Source: Candidatus Multivoradales bacterium
GTDB taxonomy: Bacteria > Acidobacteriota > Thermoanaerobaculia > Multivoradales > JAHEKO01
Direction: 5' to 3'
Length of the DNA: 64,000 nt
NCBI GenBank assembly: GCA_965248055.1
Contig: CBDFIJ010000004.1
Location: 576,001-640,000, forward strand
Positions 1 through 9,235 of this stretch are shown piece after piece. Under the pieces are notes generated by a model. The model made no database searches and was not told the origin of the DNA. It saw nothing but the letters and a program-made list of their open reading frames with translations. A program made the translations under genes and the position numbers. The first letter of the stretch is position 1. Each line of letters opens with the position of its first letter.

Positions 1-1280
1 GGAACGTCCGTGAAATAGGCCGCGACACCAAACTCTAGGTCAGCCTGAGCAACGCCATCGCTCCAGTTGGGCGCAAGCCGCCTGAAGAAGCCTTCTCGAT
101 TGGTGGCACTCCAGCGAAACGGCAACATGTCTCCAACATCCTGGGTACGCCAGTCCGCCGTGGTATTTGCGTGGAGACTTGTTTCCTGTTTGAGATTGCA
201 TTCTGCCTTGCGGGTCAACGGGTCGGCGGGATTACCAAGTTCGTCTTTACAGTCAAAGGACTCGAGTTCGGGCTCCCCGGTTGGGTTCAACCCCGCCGGG
301 TTGCCTCCATCGCCGACAAAATACCCGTCATAGTTACCCTCCCAACCAACTCCTGAAAAAGGATGCTGATCGTCGCCGCAGGTCGCCTCGGCCTGGGTGG
401 CTTGGTAGGCCCAGTACCCATTGGTCATCTCCTCCCGCTGAGCAATGGTGCCGAGTTCTGCCGAATCAGTTTGTTCGTGGTAAAGGAACTCTTGTATTTT
501 GGTCAGAGTGATCGTGGTCGACCCAAGAGAGGTGTCAGCACAGTCGAACAACTCGAAATGGACGTCCATCGAGGGCGCACTGAGCCAGGGCATCGAGGGC
601 TGGTTGGCGACTAGCTTGAACACGGCTGCACCGGAAGAGATGTACATGGTGGTCGACTCCACCCCCGCCACATTTCCTGCCCCATCGTCAGTGTTGGGGC
701 TGAGCTTGGGGAAGCGGTTGATCTGAATCCGCTGCGTGGACAAGTTGGCCGAAGCCGCGCACGACCCCAATTGCCCAACGGCAGGAGCACTCAGAACCAC
801 AACTGGATTGTTACCACTTAAGTCGAGCGACTCGGTCCCTGGCGGAAAATGCGCCCCGAAAACCAGTTGTTCCCCGACGTTGGGATAGTCGATCCCTCCG
901 ATCGATAACGGCGTTCCTGCTGTCACTTGGTACAACCAGTGCTTGCCGCGGACGCGAAAATTGTCTTTGTTGTACGAGGCAAAACCAAAGTGGACGATAT
1001 CGCCGTTGGTTTGATACACCTCGCTAAACACTTCGTACGCGACTTCCTTGGCTTGATACAAGGTCGAACCCGGATCATCACCATTGGCCGGCAATGCGGC
1101 CTGGGTCGGCGGCCCTAAGTTCATCGAGCTTGAGGAATCGAAAAAAATGAAAACGTAGGGCTTGCCAAAACTCTGTCGAAAGAGGTCCGTATCGTCTGCC
1201 TGGCTAACGCCGGCAAAAAAGCAGACGATCAAGCAGGTAATAATCAAGAAACTAGGACTGCGGATTGATTTCGCTCTCAC
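1..1280 (-). CDS. pilY1: PilY1/PilC-like type IV pilus adhesin, N-terminal part (runs off the window edge)
   Basis: Not in the ORF track; manual translation. GTG at 1280 with GAGG RBS, signal peptide, then ADDTDLF...PYVFIFFDSSSSM (vWA MIDAS-like DxSxS). Frame appears open to position 1; last gene of the pilVWX cluster. Confidence 0.75.
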   Translation of the reverse strand, partial: MRAKSIRSPSFLIITCLIVCFFAGVSQADDTDLFRQSFGKPYVFIFFDSSSSMNLGPPTQAALPANGDDPGSTLYQAKEVAYEVFSEVYQTNGDIVHFGFASYNKDNFRVRGKHWLYQVTAGTPLSIGGIDYPNVGEQLVFGAHFPPGTESLDLSGNNPVVVLSAPAVGQLGSCAASANLSTQRIQINRFPKLSPNTDDGAGNVAGVESTTMYISSGAAVFKLVANQPSMPWLSAPSMDVHFELFDCADTSLGSTTITLTKIQEFLYHEQTDSAELGTIAQREEMTNGYWAYQATQAEATCGDDQHPFSGVGWEGNYDGYFVGDGGNPAGLNPTGEPELESFDCKDELGNPADPLTRKAECNLKQETSLHANTTADWRTQDVGDMLPFRWSATNREGFFRRLAPNWSDGVAQADLEFGVAAYFTDV

Positions 1281-1295
1281 CGGCTACCTCGGTGG

Positions 1296-1883
1296 TTATT
1301 TTCCACCGTGCAAGGCGACAGTTGAGTCCGCCATAATGTCTTGGTTGACAGTCCCGTCAGCAGTATTGATCACCGACAAAAGAGCGTCCACTGTTTCCTC
1401 CAGCGGATGCACATCTACCATCGTGCCGATCGTTTTGTGCCCTAGTTCACTCCCGTCATAATCATTGATCCTGGTGCTGGTCGAACCAACTGTGAAGGCA
1501 ATTCGACTGAGCGGATTATCCCGTTCTGAGTATTGGTTGGCCGAATCGCAAAGATCGCAAATCTCCGCTTGCGCTGGATAAAATGCCGACATACGAACAC
1601 TGTTTCGCGTGGTTGGAGCGGTTGTACTCCACAACTGCTTTTCCTCCAACTCAAATTCATAGGGAAAGTAATCGTTTGCCACCAAGGCTTTGGCGGTGGA
1701 CGCCGAGCGGCCAGAATCGGCAGCAAAAAACAACCGCTGAATTTGCCGCTCATTGCTACCAATGAGAAGCTCGGTTTGGGTGAGAGTCGTCAGCGCCAGC
1801 CCCATCAGGGTCAATACCAGCATCACCAACAGACTGATCAAATAGGCAGTTCCATTATTGCGATTTGCCACTTTCCTGCTCAT
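1296..1883 (-). CDS. pilX: PilX-like minor pilin
   Basis: NNG|TAYLISLLVMLVLTLMGLAL (class III signal without E5, typical of PilX), FFAADSG motif; between pilW and pilY1. Confidence 0.75.
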   Translation of the reverse strand: MSRKVANRNNGTAYLISLLVMLVLTLMGLALTTLTQTELLIGSNERQIQRLFFAADSGRSASTAKALVANDYFPYEFELEEKQLWSTTAPTTRNSVRMSAFYPAQAEICDLCDSANQYSERDNPLSRIAFTVGSTSTRINDYDGSELGHKTIGTMVDVHPLEETVDALLSVINTADGTVNQDIMADSTVALHGGK

Positions 1884-1894
1884 CGGTCCTTCCC

Positions 1895-3163
1895 CTAATA
1901 GAGATTGCGAAAATCGACCACGGTGCGCAACCAACGTCGGCGATATTGACGTTCCGCAACACTGTCGAACAAAGCTGCGTTCCGGTTGTCCTCCACTTGC
2001 TGCAACGGCTCAGCGTAGTAACCGCGGAGCTTGTGGTCGGTATGCACCAATGTGTTGACCCGAAGATAAAACAGATCTTTGTGGTCGAGTTCCGGTGGAT
2101 TGAGATTGGGGTTCACACCTTCTACCCACGTGGTTGGCCCAGCGTCCTCCTGCGGGAAGTTGTACAACCATTCATCGGTGCCAGTGGCTACCGAATTATC
2201 GACCACCGCCTCGTCCCAGTTGGTATCAATCCCCAATGCCAGCTGGAGATCAAACACATTGTCAGCAATCGGTACTTGAAGATCGGTATTGGTCCGATGT
2301 GCTGTATTCGTCCCGGGATACAACCGAGCCTGTGCCAGTCGCGGCATCAACGGACTGCTGGCGTCGCCCGCGATCCTCCGCTGATCCTGAATATAGAACT
2401 TGTATTCTTCCAGCACACCCAGGTAAGCAATGTTGCGCAGTCCGGCGGCCGGAAATGGCGCCAAGAGTTGGTAGGCAGCGGTACGAGTTCCGCCGGTAAC
2501 CTTGAAAGCAACCCTGACGCTGTTAGCAGTGACGGTGCTCGCCCCCACATCAACTTCGACAATCGCATATTGCGAATCTGATCTCGGGCCTACGATAAAC
2601 AACGCCTCGGGTTCCGGCGCCACTCCAGCACCGTCGGGTTCTACCAGGGCACGAAGAGCAGTCAAGTCCTGGAAAACATCCGATGGCCCAACTTGCTTGA
2701 CCTCGAGCACACCTGCCGTGGCGGGGTTTCCGGTCACAGTGACCGCCGTCGCGTCGCCGTAGTCGACAAGGTAGATGGGAGACTCATATACCCCTCGCAG
2801 GGTGAGGACGTCACTTCCTTCCACCAGCATAGGTCCGGTCGGTGTCAAGGTAGCTCCACTGCCAACGTTGTTAAGAACCTCAACCGCAATCCCGGTCGGC
2901 AACACCCGGCCATTGGCGACATCATCCAACGGCACCATGCCACGAGCCGTCTCTCTCACCATCTTTACCAGATCTGACTGAGCCACTCTGTGAGACTGCT
3001 GCATCTCTGCCACTTCTGTCTGCACCAGAGCGGTTTTGTTCGCCAGGTCAAACAGGTTGAGAATTCCGACGATCAACCCAGTAGAGACGATGATCGCAAC
3101 CATCAGTTCGATCAAGGTGAAACCAGAACTCGATTGTGGCCTGACCCTTCGCAATTCGCTCAC
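1895..3163 (-). CDS. pilW: PilW-like minor pilin (prepilin N-terminal methylation domain)
   Basis: SSG|FTLIELMVAIIV signal, IADNVFDLQLALG motif, C-terminal VDFRNL. Confidence 0.8.
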   Translation of the reverse strand: MSELRRVRPQSSSGFTLIELMVAIIVSTGLIVGILNLFDLANKTALVQTEVAEMQQSHRVAQSDLVKMVRETARGMVPLDDVANGRVLPTGIAVEVLNNVGSGATLTPTGPMLVEGSDVLTLRGVYESPIYLVDYGDATAVTVTGNPATAGVLEVKQVGPSDVFQDLTALRALVEPDGAGVAPEPEALFIVGPRSDSQYAIVEVDVGASTVTANSVRVAFKVTGGTRTAAYQLLAPFPAAGLRNIAYLGVLEEYKFYIQDQRRIAGDASSPLMPRLAQARLYPGTNTAHRTNTDLQVPIADNVFDLQLALGIDTNWDEAVVDNSVATGTDEWLYNFPQEDAGPTTWVEGVNPNLNPPELDHKDLFYLRVNTLVHTDHKLRGYYAEPLQQVEDNRNAALFDSVAERQYRRRWLRTVVDFRNLY

Positions 3164-3744
3164 ATCGACCTCAGCGCGCGCACCACGAGCCTTCGGCTGG
3201 GGCCCAATAACCCGCCCAAGCGCGTCCCTTCGACCACCACCTCAATCTCCTTGAAATGAATATCCACGGCTCTGGTCCCCGCTGGTAAAGCCTCTGCGGA
3301 GTCGATCAATCCAGTGTCGAGATCATCACCCGCGTTAGCCCACATGCCGTCGTCTCCCGCCACCGCTCCCACACCGTAGTCCCGGATCGTGGTCGTGCGC
3401 TCCCAGATTGGCGGATCGTCGGGGTCAACCGGGACTGTCGGAGCTGGACCCGTAACCCAAGTCTTGGTTTCACGCAAAAAATGGTCGACGACCACAAGTT
3501 CATTGCCAGCAACCACTACCAAAGCGTCGCTCCGAAAAGAAATTTGCATGAACTCCTCGACCCGCGAACGTGCCAAGTTTGAAACATCGGTTGAATCTTG
3601 ACCAGAGTTGTTGGTCCGAATCGCCCTTTGGAACATCGGCAGCACCCCCAGTGCTACCACCAAGAACAAGATCGAAGCGATCAGGATCTCGATAAGCGAA
3701 AACCCGCGCTGCGACTGTTTTCTATCGCTACAGATTAGTACCAT
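3160..3744 (-). CDS. pilV: PilV-like minor pilin
   Basis: QRG|FSLIEILIASILFLVVALGVLP prepilin signal; overlaps pilW start. Confidence 0.75.
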   Translation of the reverse strand: MVLICSDRKQSQRGFSLIEILIASILFLVVALGVLPMFQRAIRTNNSGQDSTDVSNLARSRVEEFMQISFRSDALVVVAGNELVVVDHFLRETKTWVTGPAPTVPVDPDDPPIWERTTTIRDYGVGAVAGDDGMWANAGDDLDTGLIDSAEALPAGTRAVDIHFKEIEVVVEGTRLGGLLGPSRRLVVRALRSM

Positions 3745-4240
3745 TTCCAGAAAGTACCCTCCTGCCCCCAATCCAACCAATTGCCTCGCGTATCGCCGAC
3801 GCGGATGGCACCTTCCTCGGCTACAGATCCATCTCTCTGATACTGCACAAAGAAAGAAGTACCATCGTCTTGGAAACTTTCAACCACCGGCTGTGAAGCA
3901 GGAGCGCCAAGCGTCACCCCGCTCTGGAGGAAAAAACGTGGCGCAGCCTCTTGCTGATCATTGGTTGTTAGAAAGTCGCCGTCCACGTCCCAGTAGGTGT
4001 CGATCCAGTGTTCCGATCGATGCCCCTGCACGATGATGGTTCGACTCTCTCGGAGCCCCTCATATCTTGCCTGGCGAAACAGCACCATAGTCCGCCTTAC
4101 TGAACCCTCGACCTTGGCTCGGTTGACATAATTTTGTAACAGTGGGGAACCAAACGTTGAGGCAAGCCCATCACCACCAGTAATTCAACCAGCGTGAAGC
4201 CGCCATTCTTACGCTGCTGTTTCTTTCTTGCTGTCTTCAC
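3735..4240 (-). pseudogene. fimT: FimT/GspH-like pseudopilin, frameshifted near 4165
   Basis: GTG 4240 with GGAG RBS gives G|FTLVELLVVMG; the reading continues in the -1 frame as LASTFGSPLLQNYVNRAKVEGSVRRT into ORF 3735..4088. Confidence 0.65.
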
Positions 4241-4401
4241 CGTTCTACTCCGGCGACCGACGTCCCCTCTACCAAGAATCGATTTGGGCGACAATACACC
4301 CTGCATACTTTTCTCACAAGGCGTAGCTATGCGCAAGTTCAATTATCACTGCCTGCAGCGAAGGCCCGAATTGGGGTGCCGATTGAGGTAGTCTTTGGAC
4401 C

Positions 4402-4809
4402 ATGAGATTTGTCCTTCGCTTACTGGTCAACGGTGCCGCGCTGTGGGTCGCGGCGCAACTTGTCCCTGGGATCATTTACAATGGAAACTGGCTCGGTTTA
4501 TTAGTACTGGCGCTGATTTTCGGTCTTGTGAACGCCACACTAGGCTCGATTCTTCGTTTCCTAACCTGTCCCCTGGTGCTCTTGACCCTGGGCTTGTTTA
4601 CCGTGGTGATCAATGCCGCTCTGCTGATGTTTTCCGCCGGTGCCGCGGGTGCGGTGGGAGTTCCATTCTCGGTCAATGGCTGCTGGCCCGCGATCCTGGG
4701 AGCTCTGGTAATCAGTGTGGTCAGCTTTGTCCTGACTTTGTTGCTGCCGGATCTGGACCCCAAGAAGGCCAAGAAAGAGGCCAAGAAGAAGCGCTCCAAA
4801 AGCACCTAG
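4402..4809 (+). CDS. Phage holin family (YvlD-like 4-TM) membrane protein
   Basis: LIFGLVNATL...LLTLGLFTVVINAALL signature, four hydrophobic segments. Confidence 0.85.
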   Translation: MRFVLRLLVNGAALWVAAQLVPGIIYNGNWLGLLVLALIFGLVNATLGSILRFLTCPLVLLTLGLFTVVINAALLMFSAGAAGAVGVPFSVNGCWPAILGALVISVVSFVLTLLLPDLDPKKAKKEAKKKRSKST

Positions 4810-4975
4810 AAAGAGCTTTTTTGGTTTGGCGAAAATCGGCCCAGTAACTGGGCCCGAGAATGCAGAACCTTGATTGGGGTTTGGCGTTGATCCTCTAGCA
4901 AGGCTACAATCGGACGCAGTCGGTGGGATCAGCGAAATCCGAGCCGACTTCTCATCAACAACCAGGAGGAATGGA

Positions 4976-5788
4976 ATGAAGAAACTAAGCGTACTGGCAC
5001 TGGCAATGCTGTGCCTGATTCCGGGAGCACTACTCGCCGGACACCACGAGCAGGCAGAAGATCATGCGGCAGAGATGGAAGAATGGGTTGCCGCCAACAT
5101 GCCTGGCGAGCACCACGAACATCTAGGCCGCATGGTCGGACACTGGACCTACACCACCACCGGCTCGATGGGCGACTCAGAAGGCACCATGCACGCAAAG
5201 TCGGTATTCGATGGACGTTACGTTATGCACACCTGGAACGGCTCTTTTATGGGCCAAGATTTTGTCGGCCATGGTTTGGACGGATACGACAATGCCCTGG
5301 GCAAGTACGTCGGGGTATGGGTCGACAATTCAAGCACTGGGATTCAGGTCTCCCACGGCAAATGTGCCAACGAGGAATGTAGCGAAACCGTGAGTAAGTC
5401 AGAAATGACAGGGCCGGACGGTAACATGATGAAGTCCAAGAGCCACATGGTTTGGGACGGCAACGATTCTTTCACCATGACCATGTACATGGTTCCGGAA
5501 GAGGGCGACCCTGTCGAGCAAATGACTTTGGTCGCCACCCGGCATGACTGCGACGAGAACTGTGAACTTCATGGGGAACATCACGGCGACAAGCACGCAA
5601 AACACGCGATGAAAGCGGCCGAGGCTGAAATGGCCAAAGTCGAAGCTGAGATGGAAGTAGAAATGGAAGAAGCATCTGAGGCCATGGCCGAGGCTGAGGA
5701 GGCCATGGAAATGGCTGAAGATGCGATGGAAGACGCTCAGGAAGCGATGGAAGATGCGTCTGAGGCGATGGAGAGCGGAGACGAGTAA
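4976..5788 (+). CDS. Secreted DUF1579-family protein with His-rich and acidic Met/Glu/Ala tail
   Basis: AGGAGG RBS, MKK signal peptide, PGEHHEHLGRMVGHW and GLDGYDNALGKYVGVWVDN motifs. Confidence 0.75.
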   Translation: MKKLSVLALAMLCLIPGALLAGHHEQAEDHAAEMEEWVAANMPGEHHEHLGRMVGHWTYTTTGSMGDSEGTMHAKSVFDGRYVMHTWNGSFMGQDFVGHGLDGYDNALGKYVGVWVDNSSTGIQVSHGKCANEECSETVSKSEMTGPDGNMMKSKSHMVWDGNDSFTMTMYMVPEEGDPVEQMTLVATRHDCDENCELHGEHHGDKHAKHAMKAAEAEMAKVEAEMEVEMEEASEAMAEAEEAMEMAEDAMEDAQEAMEDASEAMESGDE

Positions 5789-5820
5789 TCGTCCTTTCGC
5801 GGTTCTTCGCTAGAAGATCG

Positions 5821-5853
5821 ACGGGGTTGGCTTGGCCAGCCCCGTTTTTCTTT
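5821..5853 (+). terminator. Rho-independent terminator
   Basis: ACGGGGTTGGC-TTG-GCCAGCCCCGT stem followed by TTTTCTTT after the DUF1579 gene. Confidence 0.75.
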
Positions 5854-5872
5854 GCCCAGAAGATAGCAAGAT

Positions 5873-5899
5873 GGGGACACAAACAAAGTATTGTGTCCC
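5873..5899. repeat. GGGGAC...TGTCCC palindromic REP-like element, copy 1
   Basis: GGGGACACAAACAAAGTATTGTGTCCC; related copy at 54453-54480. Confidence 0.6.
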
Positions 5900-5916
5900 T
5901 CGGCAGCTACCCAACC

Positions 5917-7101
5917 TCAAAAACCAGCGGTGATCGCGTCGGCCACCGCCCAACCTTGCACCGTCAACGACAGCCGTGACCCGTGATAGATAGCCAAGCC
6001 TTGATCGACCAAGGTCTCGATGTAGTCTCGCGAGCGGCGCACGATATCGACCGAAAACTGCTCTTTCAGCTGCTGCAAATCGACTCCATCCGCGGTCCTG
6101 AGGCCCAGCATTAACACCTCAGTAAGACGCTGTTCGGGTTCGAGTATTTCTGTCTCCTCGACCGGCGACTGGCCTTGATCGACACTCTTCGCCCACACTG
6201 CTTCGTGTGGCAGATTCCACCAACGGCGCTGGCCGTCAAAGGAATGTGCCGAGGGTCCTACCCCTAGGTAAGGGACGCCTAACCAGTACTTCCGATTGTG
6301 CGCCGACCGGTCGGCAGAGGTCCGCGCGAAGTTAGAGATTTCGTAGGCAGCAAGCCCCAAGCCTCCCAGCATCCGGTGGGTGGTGAAAAAGAATTCCGCC
6401 TGCAATTCTTCACCCGGAAGCAATCGTTCCCCCGCTTGGGCGGCCTTGCCAAACACGGTATTGGGCGACACGGTCAACGAGTAGCACGACAGGTGATCGA
6501 CACCCAGGGCCACGACCCGCTGCAACTCGCTCAGCCAATCAGCGACATCGTGATCCTTGTGTCCGTATATGAGATCTACAGAAACGGTGCCAAATCCCGC
6601 CGCCTGAGCGCTCTCGATGGCATCAATCGCTTGCCTAGCGCTGTGTTCTCGGCCTAGGAAATGGAGGCGACGGTCGTCGAGGGCCTGGACTCCCACACTC
6701 AAGAACTGGACGCCAAGCTGCTGCCACTCAGCCAGAACTTGGCGGTTGACGTCCTCCGGGTTGACCTCCAAACAAACCTGCAGGTTATCTCTACAATCAA
6801 ATCGGCGTTGTATCGCCGCAACCACACGATCGAGCTCGCTTGGCGAAAGGGTCGAGGGAGTCCCGCCGCCGAAGTAGACGGTGTCGAAGTCTTGGGGTCC
6901 GCACCAGTCGACCCGCTCTAGCTCAGCAGACAGACGGTCGACGAACCCCGCCTTGCGTTCAGGATGGTCTCGACGAACCGCGAAATCACAGTAGGGACAA
7001 ATCCGCCGGCAGAAGGGAATGTGGACGTAAATGCCCGGGTTCTTATCTCCGTTGTTCGCACTCGGAAAAGTGAGCGAAGCGGAAGGACAGTCATTGCTCA
7101 T
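5917..7101 (-). CDS. hemW: Radical SAM heme chaperone HemW
   Basis: YVHIPFCRRICPYCDF, YFGGGTPS, YEISNFA, HNRKYW motifs; directly downstream of lepA. Start uncertain (7101 or upstream). Confidence 0.9.
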   Translation of the reverse strand: MSNDCPSASLTFPSANNGDKNPGIYVHIPFCRRICPYCDFAVRRDHPERKAGFVDRLSAELERVDWCGPQDFDTVYFGGGTPSTLSPSELDRVVAAIQRRFDCRDNLQVCLEVNPEDVNRQVLAEWQQLGVQFLSVGVQALDDRRLHFLGREHSARQAIDAIESAQAAGFGTVSVDLIYGHKDHDVADWLSELQRVVALGVDHLSCYSLTVSPNTVFGKAAQAGERLLPGEELQAEFFFTTHRMLGGLGLAAYEISNFARTSADRSAHNRKYWLGVPYLGVGPSAHSFDGQRRWWNLPHEAVWAKSVDQGQSPVEETEILEPEQRLTEVLMLGLRTADGVDLQQLKEQFSVDIVRRSRDYIETLVDQGLAIYHGSRLSLTVQGWAVADAITAGF

Positions 7102-7175
7102 GCTAGATGCCAGCCCACCGCACACCCGCCCGCCGGGACAACGCCGTTTGGTTATTCTCAAATGACCGAACGGCG

Positions 7176-8984
7176 TCAGCCGCCGTCATCGCTCTTGAGC
7201 ACAGCGACAAATGCCGACTGCGGAATCTCCACCGAGCCGACAACTTTCATCCGTTTTTTGCCTTCCTTCTGTTTCTCCAGGAGCTTGCGCTTGCGGGAGA
7301 TGTCACCTCCGTAACATTTTGCGGTGACGTCCTTGCGATAGGCGTTGATCGTGGTGCGGGCGATGATGGTGCCGCCAATCGCCCCTTGAATGGCGATTTT
7401 GAATTGTTGCCGAGGGATGGTTTCAGCCAGTCGCTCACAATAGTGCAGTGCGCGCAGTCGGGCTTTATCCTCGTGAACCATCTGTGCCAAGGCATCCACC
7501 GGCTCGTTGTTGACCAAGATGTCGACCTTGACGACGTTGGTAGAACGCTCGCCGATCAGGTCGTAATCAAACGATCCATAGCCTTGAGTGACGGTCTTCA
7601 AACGATCATAGAAATCGAACAACACTTCCGCCAGCGGTAGTTCCGAGGTGAGGTCCACTCGGCCCTGAGCCAGGTACTGAAAGGTGGTCTTCTCACCCCG
7701 ACGGTCGCGGCACAACTCCATCACCGCGCCGATGTACGATTCCGGAATCATCACGTGAGCCTTGATGTAGGGCTCGAATACCTCTTCAATCGACCCTGGA
7801 TCTGGATAGAAGGAGGGGTTGTCGACCGTCTTTTCGGAACCGTTTTTCATCAGCATCCGGTAGCGCACGGTCGGCGCTGACAGCAATAACGACAGGTCGT
7901 ACTCACGGGCCAGTCTCTCCTGCACCACCTCCAGGTGCAGCAAGCCCAGAAAGCCGCAGCGGTAGCCGAACCCCAGCGCCGCGGATGAGTCCTTTTCGTA
8001 GGTCAGAGAAGCATCGTTGAGCGCCAGTTTATCGAGAGCCTTGCTCAGTTCCTCGTAGTCATCGGTGGACATCGGATAGATCGAGGAAAACACCACTGGC
8101 TTCGCTTCAACGTAGCCTGGCAGCGGTTCAGGCGCCGGGTCTTCAGCGTCGGTGATGGTGTCGCCGATCGCCACATCCCGCACCGTCTTGATCCCAGCGA
8201 TCACGTAACCAACCTCACCGGCGACCAACTCTTTGGCAGGCACGTGTTTCAGTCGGAGTTTGCCCAACTCCTCACAATCAGCGTCGCGATCGGTATGCAA
8301 AAGACGTAACTTCTGGCCTTGGTACATCCGACCTTGTTGGATCTTGACCAACAGCACGACCCCTCGATAGGCGTCGTACTGAGCGTCAAACACCAAGGCT
8401 TGGAGCGGCCCATCCGGATCGCCCGAGGGTGCAGGAAGTGCCTGAACCAAAGACTCGATGACTTCCTCGACCCCTTCGCCGGTCTTGGCCGAGCAGAGAA
8501 CCGCGGCAAACGGATCGAGCCCCAAGTCAGCGTCGATCTCCTCCATCACCCGATCCGGATCTGCCGCGGGCAGGTCAATCTTGTTGATCACCGGCAAGAC
8601 GTCCAGGTCATATTCCAGAGCGAGATACAGATTAGCTACAGTCTGCGCTTCGACGCCTTGGGTTGCGTCGACGATCAACAGTGCCCCCTCACACGACATC
8701 AGCGACCGACGCACCTCATGCGAAAAGTCGACATGACCTGGGGTGTCAATCAAGTTCAGCAGGTATTCCTGACCATCTTTAGCTCGATAGTCGAGGGTCA
8801 CGGTGTTGCTCTTGATGGTGATTCCCCGCTCGCGCTCGATATCCATCGAGTCCAAGATCTGGTTGCGAAACTCGCGATCCTCCACACCGCCACACTTTTG
8901 AATCAAACGATCCGCAAGCGTACTCTTACCGTGGTCGATATGGGCAATGATGCAAAAGTTGCGGATCTGGGACTGCGCAGTCAT
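7176..8984 (-). CDS. lepA: Elongation factor 4 (LepA)
   Basis: IRNFCIIAHIDHGKSTLADR, ERERGITIK, DTPGHVDF, KCYGGDISRKRKLLEKQKEGKKRMK. Confidence 0.97.
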   Translation of the reverse strand: MTAQSQIRNFCIIAHIDHGKSTLADRLIQKCGGVEDREFRNQILDSMDIERERGITIKSNTVTLDYRAKDGQEYLLNLIDTPGHVDFSHEVRRSLMSCEGALLIVDATQGVEAQTVANLYLALEYDLDVLPVINKIDLPAADPDRVMEEIDADLGLDPFAAVLCSAKTGEGVEEVIESLVQALPAPSGDPDGPLQALVFDAQYDAYRGVVLLVKIQQGRMYQGQKLRLLHTDRDADCEELGKLRLKHVPAKELVAGEVGYVIAGIKTVRDVAIGDTITDAEDPAPEPLPGYVEAKPVVFSSIYPMSTDDYEELSKALDKLALNDASLTYEKDSSAALGFGYRCGFLGLLHLEVVQERLAREYDLSLLLSAPTVRYRMLMKNGSEKTVDNPSFYPDPGSIEEVFEPYIKAHVMIPESYIGAVMELCRDRRGEKTTFQYLAQGRVDLTSELPLAEVLFDFYDRLKTVTQGYGSFDYDLIGERSTNVVKVDILVNNEPVDALAQMVHEDKARLRALHYCERLAETIPRQQFKIAIQGAIGGTIIARTTINAYRKDVTAKCYGGDISRKRKLLEKQKEGKKRMKVVGSVEIPQSAFVAVLKSDDGG

Positions 8985-9149
8985 GGTTAAGGGATACAGC
9001 CCGACACGAAAAGGTCGCGCCGCACCGAGATTTTACTCCACTGAGCCCTCGTCATGATGCACGGGCTGCACTCTGGTCGTTTTGCTCCCTTGATACTGTC
9101 CACGATGGTTGAGCCGGGAATGAATTGTGGTTTGATTACGTTTCATTAA

Positions 9150-9198
9150 TTGACAGTAACTCACTCATATATCGACCAAGAGATGAGTGAGTAGCTGT
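9150..9198 (+). promoter_or_regulatory. Putative promoter/operator of cbpA-clpB: TTGACA overlapped by a 16-bp inverted repeat
   Basis: TTGACA 9150-9155; arms ACAGTAACTCACTCAT (9153-9168) and ATGAGTGAGTAGCTGT (9183-9198), 14/16 complementary. Confidence 0.55.
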
Positions 9199-9235
9199 TA
9201 TGTTTGAACTTACCTGGGGCTGATCCTGGTGGCTT

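Noticed and set aside
4402-4809. Prophage suggested by the holin-family gene
   Set aside because: This family is commonly chromosomal and no other phage genes are nearby.
9157-9194. Canonical CIRCE or HAIR element
   Set aside because: Arms and spacing do not fit either consensus; reported instead as a candidate novel motif.
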